Positions 1-9,002 of a DNA stretch of 64,000 bases are shown one piece after another (within the stretch, counting starts at the first letter, position 1; each line of letters starts with the position of its first letter). The translations under genes and the position numbers were made by a program. The notes beneath the pieces are model-generated. The model saw only the letters and a list, made by a program, of their open reading frames with translations, made no database searches and was not told where the DNA came from. Location of the stretch: NCBI GenBank assembly GCA_044223005.1, contig JBGAML010000005.1, forward strand, positions 229,409 through 293,408. The letters are read 5' to 3'. Source of the stretch: Candidatus Eiseniibacteriota bacterium. Lineage in GTDB: Bacteria; Eisenbacteria; RBG-16-71-46.

Positions 1-708
1 GTCGCGCGTGACGCCGTTCGCGCGTTCGAGCAGATGGTGGCGGCGTGGCGCGAGAAGCTCGAGAAGCGGAAGTTCGGGAGCGAGACGCCCCGTGCCGCCA
101 GCAAGGCGTCGACGGACTCCCGCTGCATCCCGAAACACGTGCGCCGCGAGGTCTGGCGGCGCGACGGCGGCCAGTGCACGTACGTGAGCGACACCGGCCG
201 CCGCTGCGAATGCCGCAAGCAGCTGCAGTTCGATCACATCATCTCGCGCGCGCTCGGTGGCGAGTCGACGCCCCCGAACCTGCGGCTCCGCTGTCACGCG
301 CACAATCAGCTCGAGGCCGAGCGCGCGTTCGGCAAGCGCTTCATGGAGGGCAAGCGCGAGGCCGCCCGCGCCGAGCGCGAACGGGAGAGAGCCGCTCGCG
401 AGGCCCGCCGCGCGGCCCGCGAGCTCGAGCGCGCCGATCGGGAGCGAGCTGAGAGCCAAGCTCCCGCCGTGCGACGCGCCGAACGCCAACGCGTCGCCGA
501 GTCCGAGGCAGCGAGCAGGGAAGCCGCCAAGGAGCTGATTCCCTGGCTGCGCGGGCTCGGCCTGCGGCAGCACGAGGCCCGGGACGTCGCGCTTCGGACG
601 CCCATCCTCCCGAATGCACCGCTCGAAGCCCGCGTCAAAGCCGCGCTGCGCCTTCTCGGCCCGCGGGGCATGCGCACGACTTCATGCGCCGCTCCGAACC
701 CCGCGTGA
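1..708 (+). CDS. HNH endonuclease-domain protein, 5' end probably outside the window; possible RuvA-C-like C-terminal helical domain
   Basis: IP..VRREVWRRDGGQC..C..LQFDHI..A.GG..T..NLRLRC..HN is an McrA-type HNH signature; frame is open from base 1. Confidence 0.8.
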   Translation, partial: VARDAVRAFEQMVAAWREKLEKRKFGSETPRAASKASTDSRCIPKHVRREVWRRDGGQCTYVSDTGRRCECRKQLQFDHIISRALGGESTPPNLRLRCHAHNQLEAERAFGKRFMEGKREAARAERERERAAREARRAARELERADRERAESQAPAVRRAERQRVAESEAASREAAKELIPWLRGLGLRQHEARDVALRTPILPNAPLEARVKAALRLLGPRGMRTTSCAAPNPA

Positions 709-784
709 CCACGAGCGCGGCCCATGCGAAAGGCGCGACGGCCTCTTCGGCCGTCGCGCCTGCGCTGATCGCGATCCGAAGAAC

Positions 785-1522
785 TCAGCCCTTGCTCGGC
801 AGGTACTCCGCCACCCGATGCGCGACCTTGCTCGGCGTCAGCGAGTGCAGCCAGATGCGGCCGGGGCCGGTCAGCGTCGCGAGGAACAGGCCTTCGCCGC
901 CCATGAGGATGTTCGTGAAGCCCTTGATCATCTCGATGTCGAAGCTCACCGAGGCGTCGAACATGGCCACGTGGCCGGGCTCGACGCGCATCTTCTCGCC
1001 GGGCTTCAGGTGATATTCGATCGCGTCGCCGTCGAGTTCGGCGAAGGCGGCACCGGGGCCGGTCAGCTTCTGGAGCACGAAGCCTTCGCCGGCGAAGAGG
1101 CCGGCGCCGAGGCGGCGGTTGAAGAAGATGTCCAACGTGACGGTCTTCTCGGCGCAGAGGAACGCGTGCTTGTGGAGCACGATCGACTGCTGGCCGGCGA
1201 GCTCGAACGCGAGCACCTTGCCGGGGAAGTCGGCCGAGAAGGCGACGTGTCCGGCCTCGCCCTGGGCGGTGTAGTCGACGAGGAAGAGCGTGGCGCCGCT
1301 GACGGCGCGCTTCAGCAGTCCGCCGATGCCGCCGGTCGAGCGCGTGTTCATCTGCACCGACTGGCTCATCCATGACATGCCGCCGGCGTCGGAGACGATC
1401 GTCTGGCCGGCGGCGAGGTCCACGAGCAGCGTCTGCTGGATGCTGCCGTCGATGCGATAGTCGATGCCGGCGGCGGTCCTGCCACTCGTTTCGGCGGGAG
1501 CGGGAATGTCGGGGATGGCCAT
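785..1522 (-). CDS. AIM24/TIGR00266 family protein
   Basis: GGMSWMS, GATLF, FLCA, GLFAGEGFVLQKLTG, GGEGLFLATLTGPGRIWLHSL motifs; ATG at 1522. Confidence 0.85.
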   Translation of the reverse strand: MAIPDIPAPAETSGRTAAGIDYRIDGSIQQTLLVDLAAGQTIVSDAGGMSWMSQSVQMNTRSTGGIGGLLKRAVSGATLFLVDYTAQGEAGHVAFSADFPGKVLAFELAGQQSIVLHKHAFLCAEKTVTLDIFFNRRLGAGLFAGEGFVLQKLTGPGAAFAELDGDAIEYHLKPGEKMRVEPGHVAMFDASVSFDIEMIKGFTNILMGGEGLFLATLTGPGRIWLHSLTPSKVAHRVAEYLPSKG

Positions 1523-1625
1523 GCGGGCCTCGTCGGGAAAGGGTGGAGGTGGGGCTCGCGCGCGACCGTAGCCGAGCGCTCGCGCGCGGGCCAGCCGGGG
1601 CGGCTGTACGCCCACGGTCCGCCCG

Positions 1626-1634
1626 TGCTATAAA
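1626..1634 (+). promoter_or_regulatory. Extended -10 promoter element of the tRNA gene
   Basis: TGCTATAAA (TGn-TATAAA) ends 13 nt upstream of the tRNA, in otherwise GC-rich DNA. Confidence 0.5.
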
Positions 1635-1647
1635 CGGTCCCCGCCGT

Positions 1648-1724
1648 GCGCCCGTAGCTCAATTGGATAGAGCGTTAGCCTCCGGAGCTAAAGGTTACAG
1701 GTTCGATTCCTGTCGGGCGCACCA
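1648..1724 (+). tRNA. tRNA-Arg(CCG)
   Basis: Acceptor stem GCGCCCG/CGGGCGC, D arm GCTC-AATTGGATA-GAGC, anticodon arm TTAGC-CT-CCG-GA-GCTAA, GGTTCGATTCC T loop, encoded CCA. Confidence 0.97.
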
Positions 1725-1757
1725 TCCCTTCCTCCGCGGGCCGTCCCCGGAAACCTC

Positions 1758-2804
1758 GTGAGGTCGCGGCCCTTGTCCACACCGGATCGCTTCGAACCGC
1801 ATGCGTCGCGCGCGATGGCGTCGATGTTCGACGACGTCTCGGGGCGCTACGACCTGCTCAACCGGCTGATGACGCTGGGGCAGGACGGGGCCTGGCGCGA
1901 AGCCATGTGGCGCGGCGTGCCGGAATCGGCCCGCGTGGTGCTCGACTTGTGCACGGGCAGCGGCGTGTCGCTGCCGGGGCTACGCCGGCCGGGCCGCACG
2001 GTGCTCGGCGTGGACGTGAGCTTCGCCATGCTCGAAGTGGCGCGCGACCAGTTCGGCGGCCCGGGCTGGGCGCCGCGCGTGGCGTGCGCGGACGCGTTCC
2101 GGCTGCCGCTGCGCGACGGCGGCGTGGACGCCGTGACGGTGGCGTTCGGCGTGCGCAACCTGCGCCCACGCACCACCGCGCTGGCCGAGATCGCGCGCGT
2201 GCTCTCGGCGGGCGGCGTGCTCTCGGTGCTCGAGGCCGCGGCGCCCGCGCCGGGTCCGCTCGCGGGCGGGCACGCGTTCTGGCTGCGCCACATGGTGCCG
2301 CTGCTCGGGCGGCTCTCGCCGGATCCGAGCGCCTACCGCTACCTGCGCGACTCGATCTTCGAGTTCGGCGCCGGGCCGGAGTTCGAGCGCGACCTGGACG
2401 CGGCCGGATTCGACGTGATCGAGCGCCGCAGCTTCCTGCTCGGGGCGACCCGGCTCTGGGTTGCCCGGAGGCGAGGGAGCGCTGGTCAATCTCGCGCCAT
2501 CGCACGCGACGCCGTGCAGGATGCACGGAGCACTGGGGCAGCTTCCGCTCCCGGCGACCCCGGCCTGCGCGAGCTCGCGGCCGGAACGGGGGCATGGCGC
2601 CACGTCCAGCTCCTCGTCTCGGCGGCCCTCACGGCCGCCCTGGCGTGGACGTGGAACGTCTACGCCAAGCTCAATGCCGACTTGCCCTTGTCGCCGCCGC
2701 AACGGACGATGGGCTGGTGGCTCGTGGTGGGCGGGACGATCGTTTTCGGGCTGCGGACGCTCTGGTTTCTCGCCACTCTCCGGCTCGTCCGGCGGCGGCG
2801 CTGA
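1758..2804 (+). CDS. UbiE/MenG-family SAM-dependent methyltransferase with C-terminal membrane extension
   Basis: MFDDVSGRYDLLNRLMTLGQD, VLDLCTGSG, ADAFRLP, TVAFGVRN, AYRYL.DSI..F; start uncertain (1758 or 1816). Confidence 0.85.
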   Translation: MRSRPLSTPDRFEPHASRAMASMFDDVSGRYDLLNRLMTLGQDGAWREAMWRGVPESARVVLDLCTGSGVSLPGLRRPGRTVLGVDVSFAMLEVARDQFGGPGWAPRVACADAFRLPLRDGGVDAVTVAFGVRNLRPRTTALAEIARVLSAGGVLSVLEAAAPAPGPLAGGHAFWLRHMVPLLGRLSPDPSAYRYLRDSIFEFGAGPEFERDLDAAGFDVIERRSFLLGATRLWVARRRGSAGQSRAIARDAVQDARSTGAASAPGDPGLRELAAGTGAWRHVQLLVSAALTAALAWTWNVYAKLNADLPLSPPQRTMGWWLVVGGTIVFGLRTLWFLATLRLVRRRR

Positions 2805-2819
2805 GACGGTCGGGGCATC

Positions 2820-2834
2820 TGGCACAGGCATTGC
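2820..2834 (+). promoter_or_regulatory. Sigma-54 (-24/-12) promoter
   Basis: TGGCACAGGCATTGC fits TGGCAC-N5-TTGC with exact GG-N10-GC spacing; intergenic, 48 nt before the GGDEF gene start. Confidence 0.8.
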
Positions 2835-2882
2835 CAGTTCTGGGTGGGATTTGCCCCACAAACCACCTGGAAGAAGACCCCC

Positions 2883-3893
2883 ATGCATTCCCGTGAACGC
2901 CTGCTCGCCTCGCTGATGGAACTCTCCGGCCGGAACGCGGCGCGCTCGCGTCCCGAACTGGTCGCCAACCTGCTGCGTGGGGCGATCGCGCTCGCGGAGG
3001 CGGACGGGGTGGTGCTCGGCATCACGAACGGCCGCAACTTCGAACGCTGGGCGCTGCGCGCCGGCGAGGACCTGCCGCTGCCGGTCGAAGCGCCGGGAAC
3101 GCCGGGGCCGTTCGAACGCTCGATGATGCGTGCCACGGCACCGCGCGCGCTGGCCGATCTCGCCGAGTCCGATCGCGCCGCCACCGAGATCGACTGCCCC
3201 GAGCTCGACGCGGGGCCGGCGATCTTCGTGCCGCTGCGCATGCGCGAGCAGGAACTGGGGTACCTCGCGGCGCTGCGGCGCACGGGAGGGACGCGCTTCG
3301 CGCACCGGGAGGCGCGCCACCTGGCGCTGCTCTCGGCCTACGCGGGCGCGATGCTCGACAACATGCGCGTGTCGGAGAACCTCGAGAAGCTCGCGGTCAC
3401 CGACGACCTGACGCAGGTCTACAACTACCGCTACCTCAAGACCGCGCTGCGGCGCGAAGTGAAGCGCGCCTCGCGCTTCCGCCAGCCGCTCTCGCTGCTC
3501 ATGGTGGACGTCGACAACCTGAAGGGCTACAACGACCGCAACGGCCACCTGCGCGGCAGCTTCCTGCTCAAGGAGATCGCGGGGCTGTTCGCGGAACAGG
3601 TGCGTTCGTTCGACCTCGTGGCCAAGTACGGCGGCGACGAGTTCACGGTCATCCTGCCGCAGACGGTGCGCCACGGCGCCGCGGCGGTGGCGGAGCGGCT
3701 CCGCGCCACGGTCGCCGCGCACAACTTCCCGCTCGCGCCCGCGGGCGGCATCACCGTCAGCGTCGGCATCGCGTGCTTCCCCGAGGACGGCGACAGCGTC
3801 ACGTCGCTGATCGCGGCCTCGGACCGCGCGCTCTACGCCGCCAAGCGCAACGGCCGCAACCGAGTCGAAGGCATCGAACCGCTGGCGGCATGA
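2883..3893 (+). CDS. GAF-GGDEF diguanylate cyclase
   Basis: TDDLTQVYN, DVDNLK.YND.NGH, KYGGDEF active site with RSFD (RxxD) I-site; GAF-like N-terminus. Confidence 0.93.
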   Translation: MHSRERLLASLMELSGRNAARSRPELVANLLRGAIALAEADGVVLGITNGRNFERWALRAGEDLPLPVEAPGTPGPFERSMMRATAPRALADLAESDRAATEIDCPELDAGPAIFVPLRMREQELGYLAALRRTGGTRFAHREARHLALLSAYAGAMLDNMRVSENLEKLAVTDDLTQVYNYRYLKTALRREVKRASRFRQPLSLLMVDVDNLKGYNDRNGHLRGSFLLKEIAGLFAEQVRSFDLVAKYGGDEFTVILPQTVRHGAAAVAERLRATVAAHNFPLAPAGGITVSVGIACFPEDGDSVTSLIAASDRALYAAKRNGRNRVEGIEPLAA

Positions 3894-4002
3894 CATTCTC
3901 CGCGCCCCGGGCGGGTCGTTGACCGGCCCGCGGGGGCGAGGTAGCGTGCCGCGTCCACATCTGAGAGTCCGCCCGGGTCTCCCGGGCCACACCGGAGGCC
4001 GT

Positions 4003-5040
4003 GTGTCGGAGAAGATCGGAATCGCCGTCGTCGGGACCGGAGACTGGGGCGCGAACCTGGTCCGGAACTTCGCGAACCTCGCCGGAGCGCGCCTCGTCGC
4101 CGTGTGCGACGCGGACGCCGCCCGTCTCGCGAAGACCGCCGCGCAATACCCGGCCTCCAAGGCGTACGCGGATGCGGCGCAGGTGGCCGCGGATCCGGAG
4201 GTCCAGGGCGTCGTCGTCTCGGCGTCCGCGGTCGGCCACTACCCGCTCGCCAAGATGATGCTCGAGGCGGGGAAGGACGTGTACGTCGAGAAGCCGCTGA
4301 CGCTCGAGGTCGCGCACGCCGAGGAACTCGTCCGGCTCGCCAAGACGGGCAACCGCATCCTCATGGTCGGGCACCTGCTGCTCTACCACCCGGGCGTCCA
4401 GTACATGAAGCGCATGGTCCAGGACGGCTCGATCGGCGACCTGCTCTACATCTACTGCCAGCGCGTCAACCTCGGGAAGGTCCGCAAGGACGAGAATGCG
4501 CTCTGGAGCTTCGCGCCGCACGACCTGTCGGTCGTGCTGCACCTGATCGGCATGGAACCCACGGACGTCGTCGCCCGCGGCTCGGACTTCCTGCAGAAGG
4601 GCGTCGAGGACGTGGTGTTCGTCGACCTCAAGTTCCCGGGCGGCAAGCTCGCGCACGTGCACGTGTCGTGGCTCGACCCGCACAAGCTCCGCAAGTTCAC
4701 GGTCGTCGGCACGCAGAAGATGGTCGTGTTCGACGACATGGAAGCCAGCGAGAAGATCAAGATCTACGACAAGGGCGTCGACCGCGCCGGCGAGGTCGTG
4801 TCGTACGGCGACTCGCTCACGGTGCGCAACGGCGACATCCTGATCCCCAAGATCTCGCTGCAGGAACCGCTCAAGCTGGAGTGCACGCACTTCGTGGACT
4901 GCGTCCGCGAGCGCAAGCGCCCGCTCACCGACGGCCTCGACGGCCTGCGCGTGGTCAAGGTGCTCGACGCCGCGCAGAAGTCACTGAAGGCGGGCGGCGC
5001 GCCGGTCGCGATCCAGCCGCTGCCGCAGGAGGTCGTGTGA
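4003..5040 (+). CDS. Gfo/Idh/MocA oxidoreductase, WbpB/WlbA/GnnA-like UDP-sugar 3-dehydrogenase
   Basis: VVGTGDWG Rossmann motif, VEKPL, MVGH, APHD; GTG at 4003 after GGAGG. Confidence 0.88.
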   Translation: MSEKIGIAVVGTGDWGANLVRNFANLAGARLVAVCDADAARLAKTAAQYPASKAYADAAQVAADPEVQGVVVSASAVGHYPLAKMMLEAGKDVYVEKPLTLEVAHAEELVRLAKTGNRILMVGHLLLYHPGVQYMKRMVQDGSIGDLLYIYCQRVNLGKVRKDENALWSFAPHDLSVVLHLIGMEPTDVVARGSDFLQKGVEDVVFVDLKFPGGKLAHVHVSWLDPHKLRKFTVVGTQKMVVFDDMEASEKIKIYDKGVDRAGEVVSYGDSLTVRNGDILIPKISLQEPLKLECTHFVDCVRERKRPLTDGLDGLRVVKVLDAAQKSLKAGGAPVAIQPLPQEVV

Positions 5041-5795
5041 GCAACGTCATCCATCCGAGTGCCCAGGTCGGCGCCGGCACCACGCTGGGCGAGTTCTGCG
5101 TGATCGGCCCGAACGTGAAGATCGGGACCGGCTGCAAGCTCGGCAACCACGTCGTGATCCACGCCGACACGGTCGTGGGCAACGACGTCCGCATCGACGA
5201 CCACGCCTCGCTCGGCAAGTGGCCCATGAAGGCCGCGAACTCGGCGACCACCAAGGAGCAGGACCTGCCGCCGCTCACCGTCGGCGACGTCTGCATCGTC
5301 GGGACGGGCGTCGTGCTCTACCGCGGCGCGGCGATCGACGGCAAGGTGCTGATGGCGGACCTGTGCACGGTGCGCGAGAACGTCACCGTCGGCCGCGGGA
5401 CCATCGTCGGCCGCGGCGTGACGATCGAGAACTTCTGCAGCGTCGGGCGTTACTGCAAGCTCGAGTCCGAGAGCTACCTGTGCGCCTACTGCACGCTCGA
5501 GGATCGCGTCTTCATCGCGCCCGGCGTCGTGACGAGCAACGACAACTTCGTCGGCCGCACGCAGGAGCGCTTCAAGCACTTCAAGGGCGTCACCGTGAAG
5601 AAGGGCGGCCGCATCGGCGCCGGCAGCGTCACGCTGCCGGGCGTCGTGATCGGGGAGGACGCGCTCGTCGCGGCCGGCTCCACGGTCACGAAGAACGTCG
5701 AGCCGCGCGTGATCGTGATGGGCAAGCCGGCGCGCGTCGTGCGTCCGGTGCCCGTCGAACAACTGCTGGAGAACCAGGGCTGGGTGGACGCGTAG
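5037..5795 (+). CDS. Hexapeptide-repeat N-acyltransferase, WbpD/WlbB-like
   Basis: Left-handed beta-helix repeats, VFIAPGVVTSND, GRIGAGSVTLPGVVIG, G.PAR; GTGA overlap with upstream stop. Confidence 0.88.
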   Translation: MSNVIHPSAQVGAGTTLGEFCVIGPNVKIGTGCKLGNHVVIHADTVVGNDVRIDDHASLGKWPMKAANSATTKEQDLPPLTVGDVCIVGTGVVLYRGAAIDGKVLMADLCTVRENVTVGRGTIVGRGVTIENFCSVGRYCKLESESYLCAYCTLEDRVFIAPGVVTSNDNFVGRTQERFKHFKGVTVKKGGRIGAGSVTLPGVVIGEDALVAAGSTVTKNVEPRVIVMGKPARVVRPVPVEQLLENQGWVDA

Positions 5796-5832
5796 TCCCC
5801 CGGACCCTTCACCCTTTCGGAGGGGAGTCCCG

Positions 5833-6957
5833 ATGTCGACGAACACGACCATGAAGGTGCCGCTCCTCGACCTTCGTGCGCAGTACGACACGATCCGCAC
5901 CGAGATCGACGGCGCCGTGAAGAGCGTCATGGAGAGCTGTCACTTCATCGGCGGCCCCGAGGTCGCGGCGCTGGAGCAGGAGGTGGCCCGCTACTCGCAG
6001 ACCGCCCACGCGGTGGCCTGCGCCTCCGGCACGGACGCGATCCTGCTGGCGCTCTGGACGCTCGGGATCGGGCCCGGGGACGAGGTCATCTGCCCGTCGT
6101 ACACGTTCTTCGCCACCGCCGGCACGATCGCGAACAACGGCGCCTCGCCGGTGTTCGTGGACGTCGATCCGCGCACGTACAACCTCGACACGCACCTGCT
6201 CGAGAAGGCGATCACGCCGCGCACCAAGGCGGTCGTCGCCGTGTCGCTGTTCGGCCAGTGCTGCGACCTCCCGGCGATCAAGGCGATCTGCGACAAGCAC
6301 CAGATCTACCTGATCGAGGACGCCGCGCAGTCGATCGGCTCGGAGTGGGAAGGCAAGCGCTCGGGCTCGATGTGCGACTTCGGCACGTTCTCGTTCTTCC
6401 CGTCCAAGAACCTCGGCGGCGCGGGCGACGGCGGCATGATCGTGACGCAGAACGCCGAGCTCGCCGAGAAGGCGCGGCTGCTCTGCAACCACGGCGCCAA
6501 GCCCAAGTACTACCACTCGCTCGTCGGCACGAACTCGCGCCTCGACGCGCTGCAGGCCGCGCTTCTGCGCGTGAAGCTGCGCCACCTGGACCGCTGGAGC
6601 GAGAAGCGTGCGCAGAACGCCGCGCTCTACAACCAGCTGTTCGAGGGCTCGAAGGTCGGCCGTCCGTACCACGACACCCGCACGCGCCACATCTACAACC
6701 AGTACGTGATCCGCGTGCCGAACCGCGACGGACTCAAGAAGCACCTCGGCGAGAAGAACATCGGCTGCGAGGTCTACTACCCGGTGCCGCTGCACCTGCA
6801 GAAGTGCTTCGCGCACCTGGGCTACAAGGCCGGCGACATGCCCGTCTCGGAGGCCGCGGCCAACGAGACGCTCGCGCTGCCGATCTATCCCGAGTTGTCG
6901 GAGGAGCAGATCCGCTACGTGGCCCAGACCGTTCGCGACTTCGTCGAGAACGCCTGA
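5833..6957 (+). CDS. DegT/DnrJ/EryC1/StrS PLP aminotransferase, WbpE/GnnB-like
   Basis: SGTDA, IEDAAQS, FSFFPSKNLG.GDGG, GTNSRLD.LQAA, YYPVPLH. Confidence 0.93.
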   Translation: MSTNTTMKVPLLDLRAQYDTIRTEIDGAVKSVMESCHFIGGPEVAALEQEVARYSQTAHAVACASGTDAILLALWTLGIGPGDEVICPSYTFFATAGTIANNGASPVFVDVDPRTYNLDTHLLEKAITPRTKAVVAVSLFGQCCDLPAIKAICDKHQIYLIEDAAQSIGSEWEGKRSGSMCDFGTFSFFPSKNLGGAGDGGMIVTQNAELAEKARLLCNHGAKPKYYHSLVGTNSRLDALQAALLRVKLRHLDRWSEKRAQNAALYNQLFEGSKVGRPYHDTRTRHIYNQYVIRVPNRDGLKKHLGEKNIGCEVYYPVPLHLQKCFAHLGYKAGDMPVSEAAANETLALPIYPELSEEQIRYVAQTVRDFVENA

Positions 6958-6961
6958 GCCA

Positions 6962-6983
6962 TCACGGGCCGTGCGGCCCGTGA
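6962..6983 (+). terminator. GC-rich hairpin after the aminotransferase gene
   Basis: TCACGGGCCG-TG-CGGCCCGTGA perfect 10-bp stem; no U-tract. Confidence 0.45.
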
Positions 6984-7091
6984 GACGAAACCGAAGCGCG
7001 CCGCCGAACCCCGCCCTGTAGGCGGCGCGCTTCCGAAGGTCTCCAAGAGACCCTGCCGTGGGTCCCCTTCCCGCGGCAGCGATACGGTTCC

Positions 7092-9002
7092 ATGACCGAA
7101 TCGAATCGTGACGCCCTGCGGAGCCTGCTCCGCCGGGTGGACGAAGTGCGGGGGCTGTCGGATCGCTCGGCCGGATCGGCCGTGGTCGCGATCGACGACC
7201 CCGATGCGCTCGTCCGCACGCTGGGGGAACTGGTCGAGGAGCTCGAGCGCAGCCATCGCCGGCTGATCGAGACCAACGTCCAGCTCGTGTCCCTGCGCGA
7301 GGTCGCCGGCCGGCTCACCACCACGGTGGACGCCGCCGAAACCACGCGCACGGTGACGCGCTACCTCCGGCACGCGTTCGGGTTCGACCAGGTCGGCCTG
7401 CTGCTCGTGGACCGCACCCGCGGCACGCTCGTCGGCTCGTGGGCCGGCCCCGACGGCACCACGTCGGCGCTCGAGGTGCCGCTCGCCGGCGAGCGCGGTG
7501 CGCTCGCGCGGGCGGTGTGGCTGCAGCGGACGCTCCTGCACCACGACTCGCGCCGCCATCCGCCCGCGGTACTGGCGCCCGGGCACCCGCTGCACGAGAC
7601 GTTCGAACAGGTCGGCTCGCTCACCTGCGTGCCGCTGCAGCGCAGCCGCAGTGGCGCCGAGGGCAACCCCTGCGAGCGCTGCCCGGTCCCCGCCTCGATC
7701 GCGCCCGCGCCGCCTCCCGGCCAGAGTGCGGGGGAGTGGCTCGCGCAGCGCGAGGAGGCCCAGCGCCACTGCCTCGGCTGCGACCGGCTGCCCTCGCTCG
7801 GCGTGATCGCCGCCGGACGGCGCGACGGATTGCCGCCGCTCACCGCCGGAGACGTCACGCTCGTCGAGTCGATCGCGCTCTCGGTCGCGCCCATGGTCGA
7901 GAACGCCCGGTTGTTCCAGGCGCTGCGACAGAGCCAGCAGTTCCAGCAGCACGTGCTCGACGGCATGAGCAGCTCGCTCGTCGCCGTGGACCTCGACGGC
8001 CGCATGCTCGGCTTCAACCGCGCCGCCGAGGAGCTGCTCGGCTGGAAGGAAGCGGAAGTGCTCGGGCGCGGTATCGGCGAGTGCTTCGGCGCCGAGATCG
8101 AACGGCTCGTCGCCGAACTCCTCGGCCACGGGGACGACTCCGAGATGCAGGAGACGTCCATGCGCGCGCGCGACGGCGACTTCGTGCCGGTGCGGCTCTC
8201 GGCCTCGCTGCTACGCGACGACGCCGAGCGCGTCTACGGCGCCATCGCGACGTTCGTCGACCTGCGGCCGCTGCGCCGCGCCGAGGAGCAGGCGCGCCAG
8301 CTCGACCGGCTCGCGGCGCTCGGCCGGTTCACGTCCAGCGTCGCGCACGAGATCCGCAACCCGCTCACCGGGATCGGCATGGGCGTCCAGTCGCTCGCTC
8401 GCGCCGTCGGCTCCGACGACCGGCAGCGCCAGAACGTCGAGTTCATCCTCGGCGAGATCAAGCGGCTCGACCGCATCGTGCAGGAGCTCTTCGACGTCAC
8501 GCACCCGCGGCGGCTCGATCTCGCGCCGCGCCCGGTCGCCGAGACGATCGCGCGCGCCCAGCGCTCGGTCGAGGGCGTCCTCGCCACGCGGCAGGTCACG
8601 CTGACCGTGCGCGAGGCCGCGTCGCTGCCGCGCGTGCCGCACGACGCCGACCAGATGCAGCAGGTGTTGATCAACCTGTTCAAGAACGCGGCCGAGGCGT
8701 CACCCGCCGGAGCCACGATCGCCGTCGAGGTGCAGCGCGTCCCCGGCGCGCGGCGCAACGGCCGTCCCACCGGCGTCGCGATCACGGTGACCGATTCGGG
8801 TCACGGGATCGACGAAGCCACCCAGCGCACGTTGTTCGAACCGTTCTTCACCACCAAGCCGGGAGGCACCGGCCTGGGTCTCTACATCACGCACGACATC
8901 GTCAAGCGGCACGGGGGCAACCTCACCGTGTCCAGTGAGCCCGGGCACGGCGCCACGTTCCGCGTGGAACTGCCGCTCGACACCGAAGGAGAAGCGTCAT
9001 GA
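7092..9002 (+). CDS. Cytoplasmic GAF-PAS sensor histidine kinase (NtrB/AtoS-like)
   Basis: H-box VAHEIRNPL, N-box QVLINLFKNA, DSGHGI, FEPFFTTK.GGTGLGL; PAS FNRAAEELLGW; no TM segments seen. Confidence 0.93.
   Translation: MTESNRDALRSLLRRVDEVRGLSDRSAGSAVVAIDDPDALVRTLGELVEELERSHRRLIETNVQLVSLREVAGRLTTTVDAAETTRTVTRYLRHAFGFDQVGLLLVDRTRGTLVGSWAGPDGTTSALEVPLAGERGALARAVWLQRTLLHHDSRRHPPAVLAPGHPLHETFEQVGSLTCVPLQRSRSGAEGNPCERCPVPASIAPAPPPGQSAGEWLAQREEAQRHCLGCDRLPSLGVIAAGRRDGLPPLTAGDVTLVESIALSVAPMVENARLFQALRQSQQFQQHVLDGMSSSLVAVDLDGRMLGFNRAAEELLGWKEAEVLGRGIGECFGAEIERLVAELLGHGDDSEMQETSMRARDGDFVPVRLSASLLRDDAERVYGAIATFVDLRPLRRAEEQARQLDRLAALGRFTSSVAHEIRNPLTGIGMGVQSLARAVGSDDRQRQNVEFILGEIKRLDRIVQELFDVTHPRRLDLAPRPVAETIARAQRSVEGVLATRQVTLTVREAASLPRVPHDADQMQQVLINLFKNAAEASPAGATIAVEVQRVPGARRNGRPTGVAITVTDSGHGIDEATQRTLFEPFFTTKPGGTGLGLYITHDIVKRHGGNLTVSSEPGHGATFRVELPLDTEGEAS

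Noticed and set aside
1..708. HNH protein as Cas9/IscB
   Set aside because: No RuvC motifs in the visible part and no array nearby; the N-terminus is outside the window.
1648..1760. tRNA-Arg as an integration site
   Set aside because: No adjacent integrase and no duplicated tRNA 3' end found in the window.
4104..5036. Long N-terminal extensions in the ORF track (e.g. acyltransferase, dapA/B/F, DUF494, SNF2 partner) suggesting fusions or frameshifts
   Set aside because: Each gene has a downstream ATG/GTG start with an RBS or stop-start overlap; the extensions are open frames over neighbouring genes.
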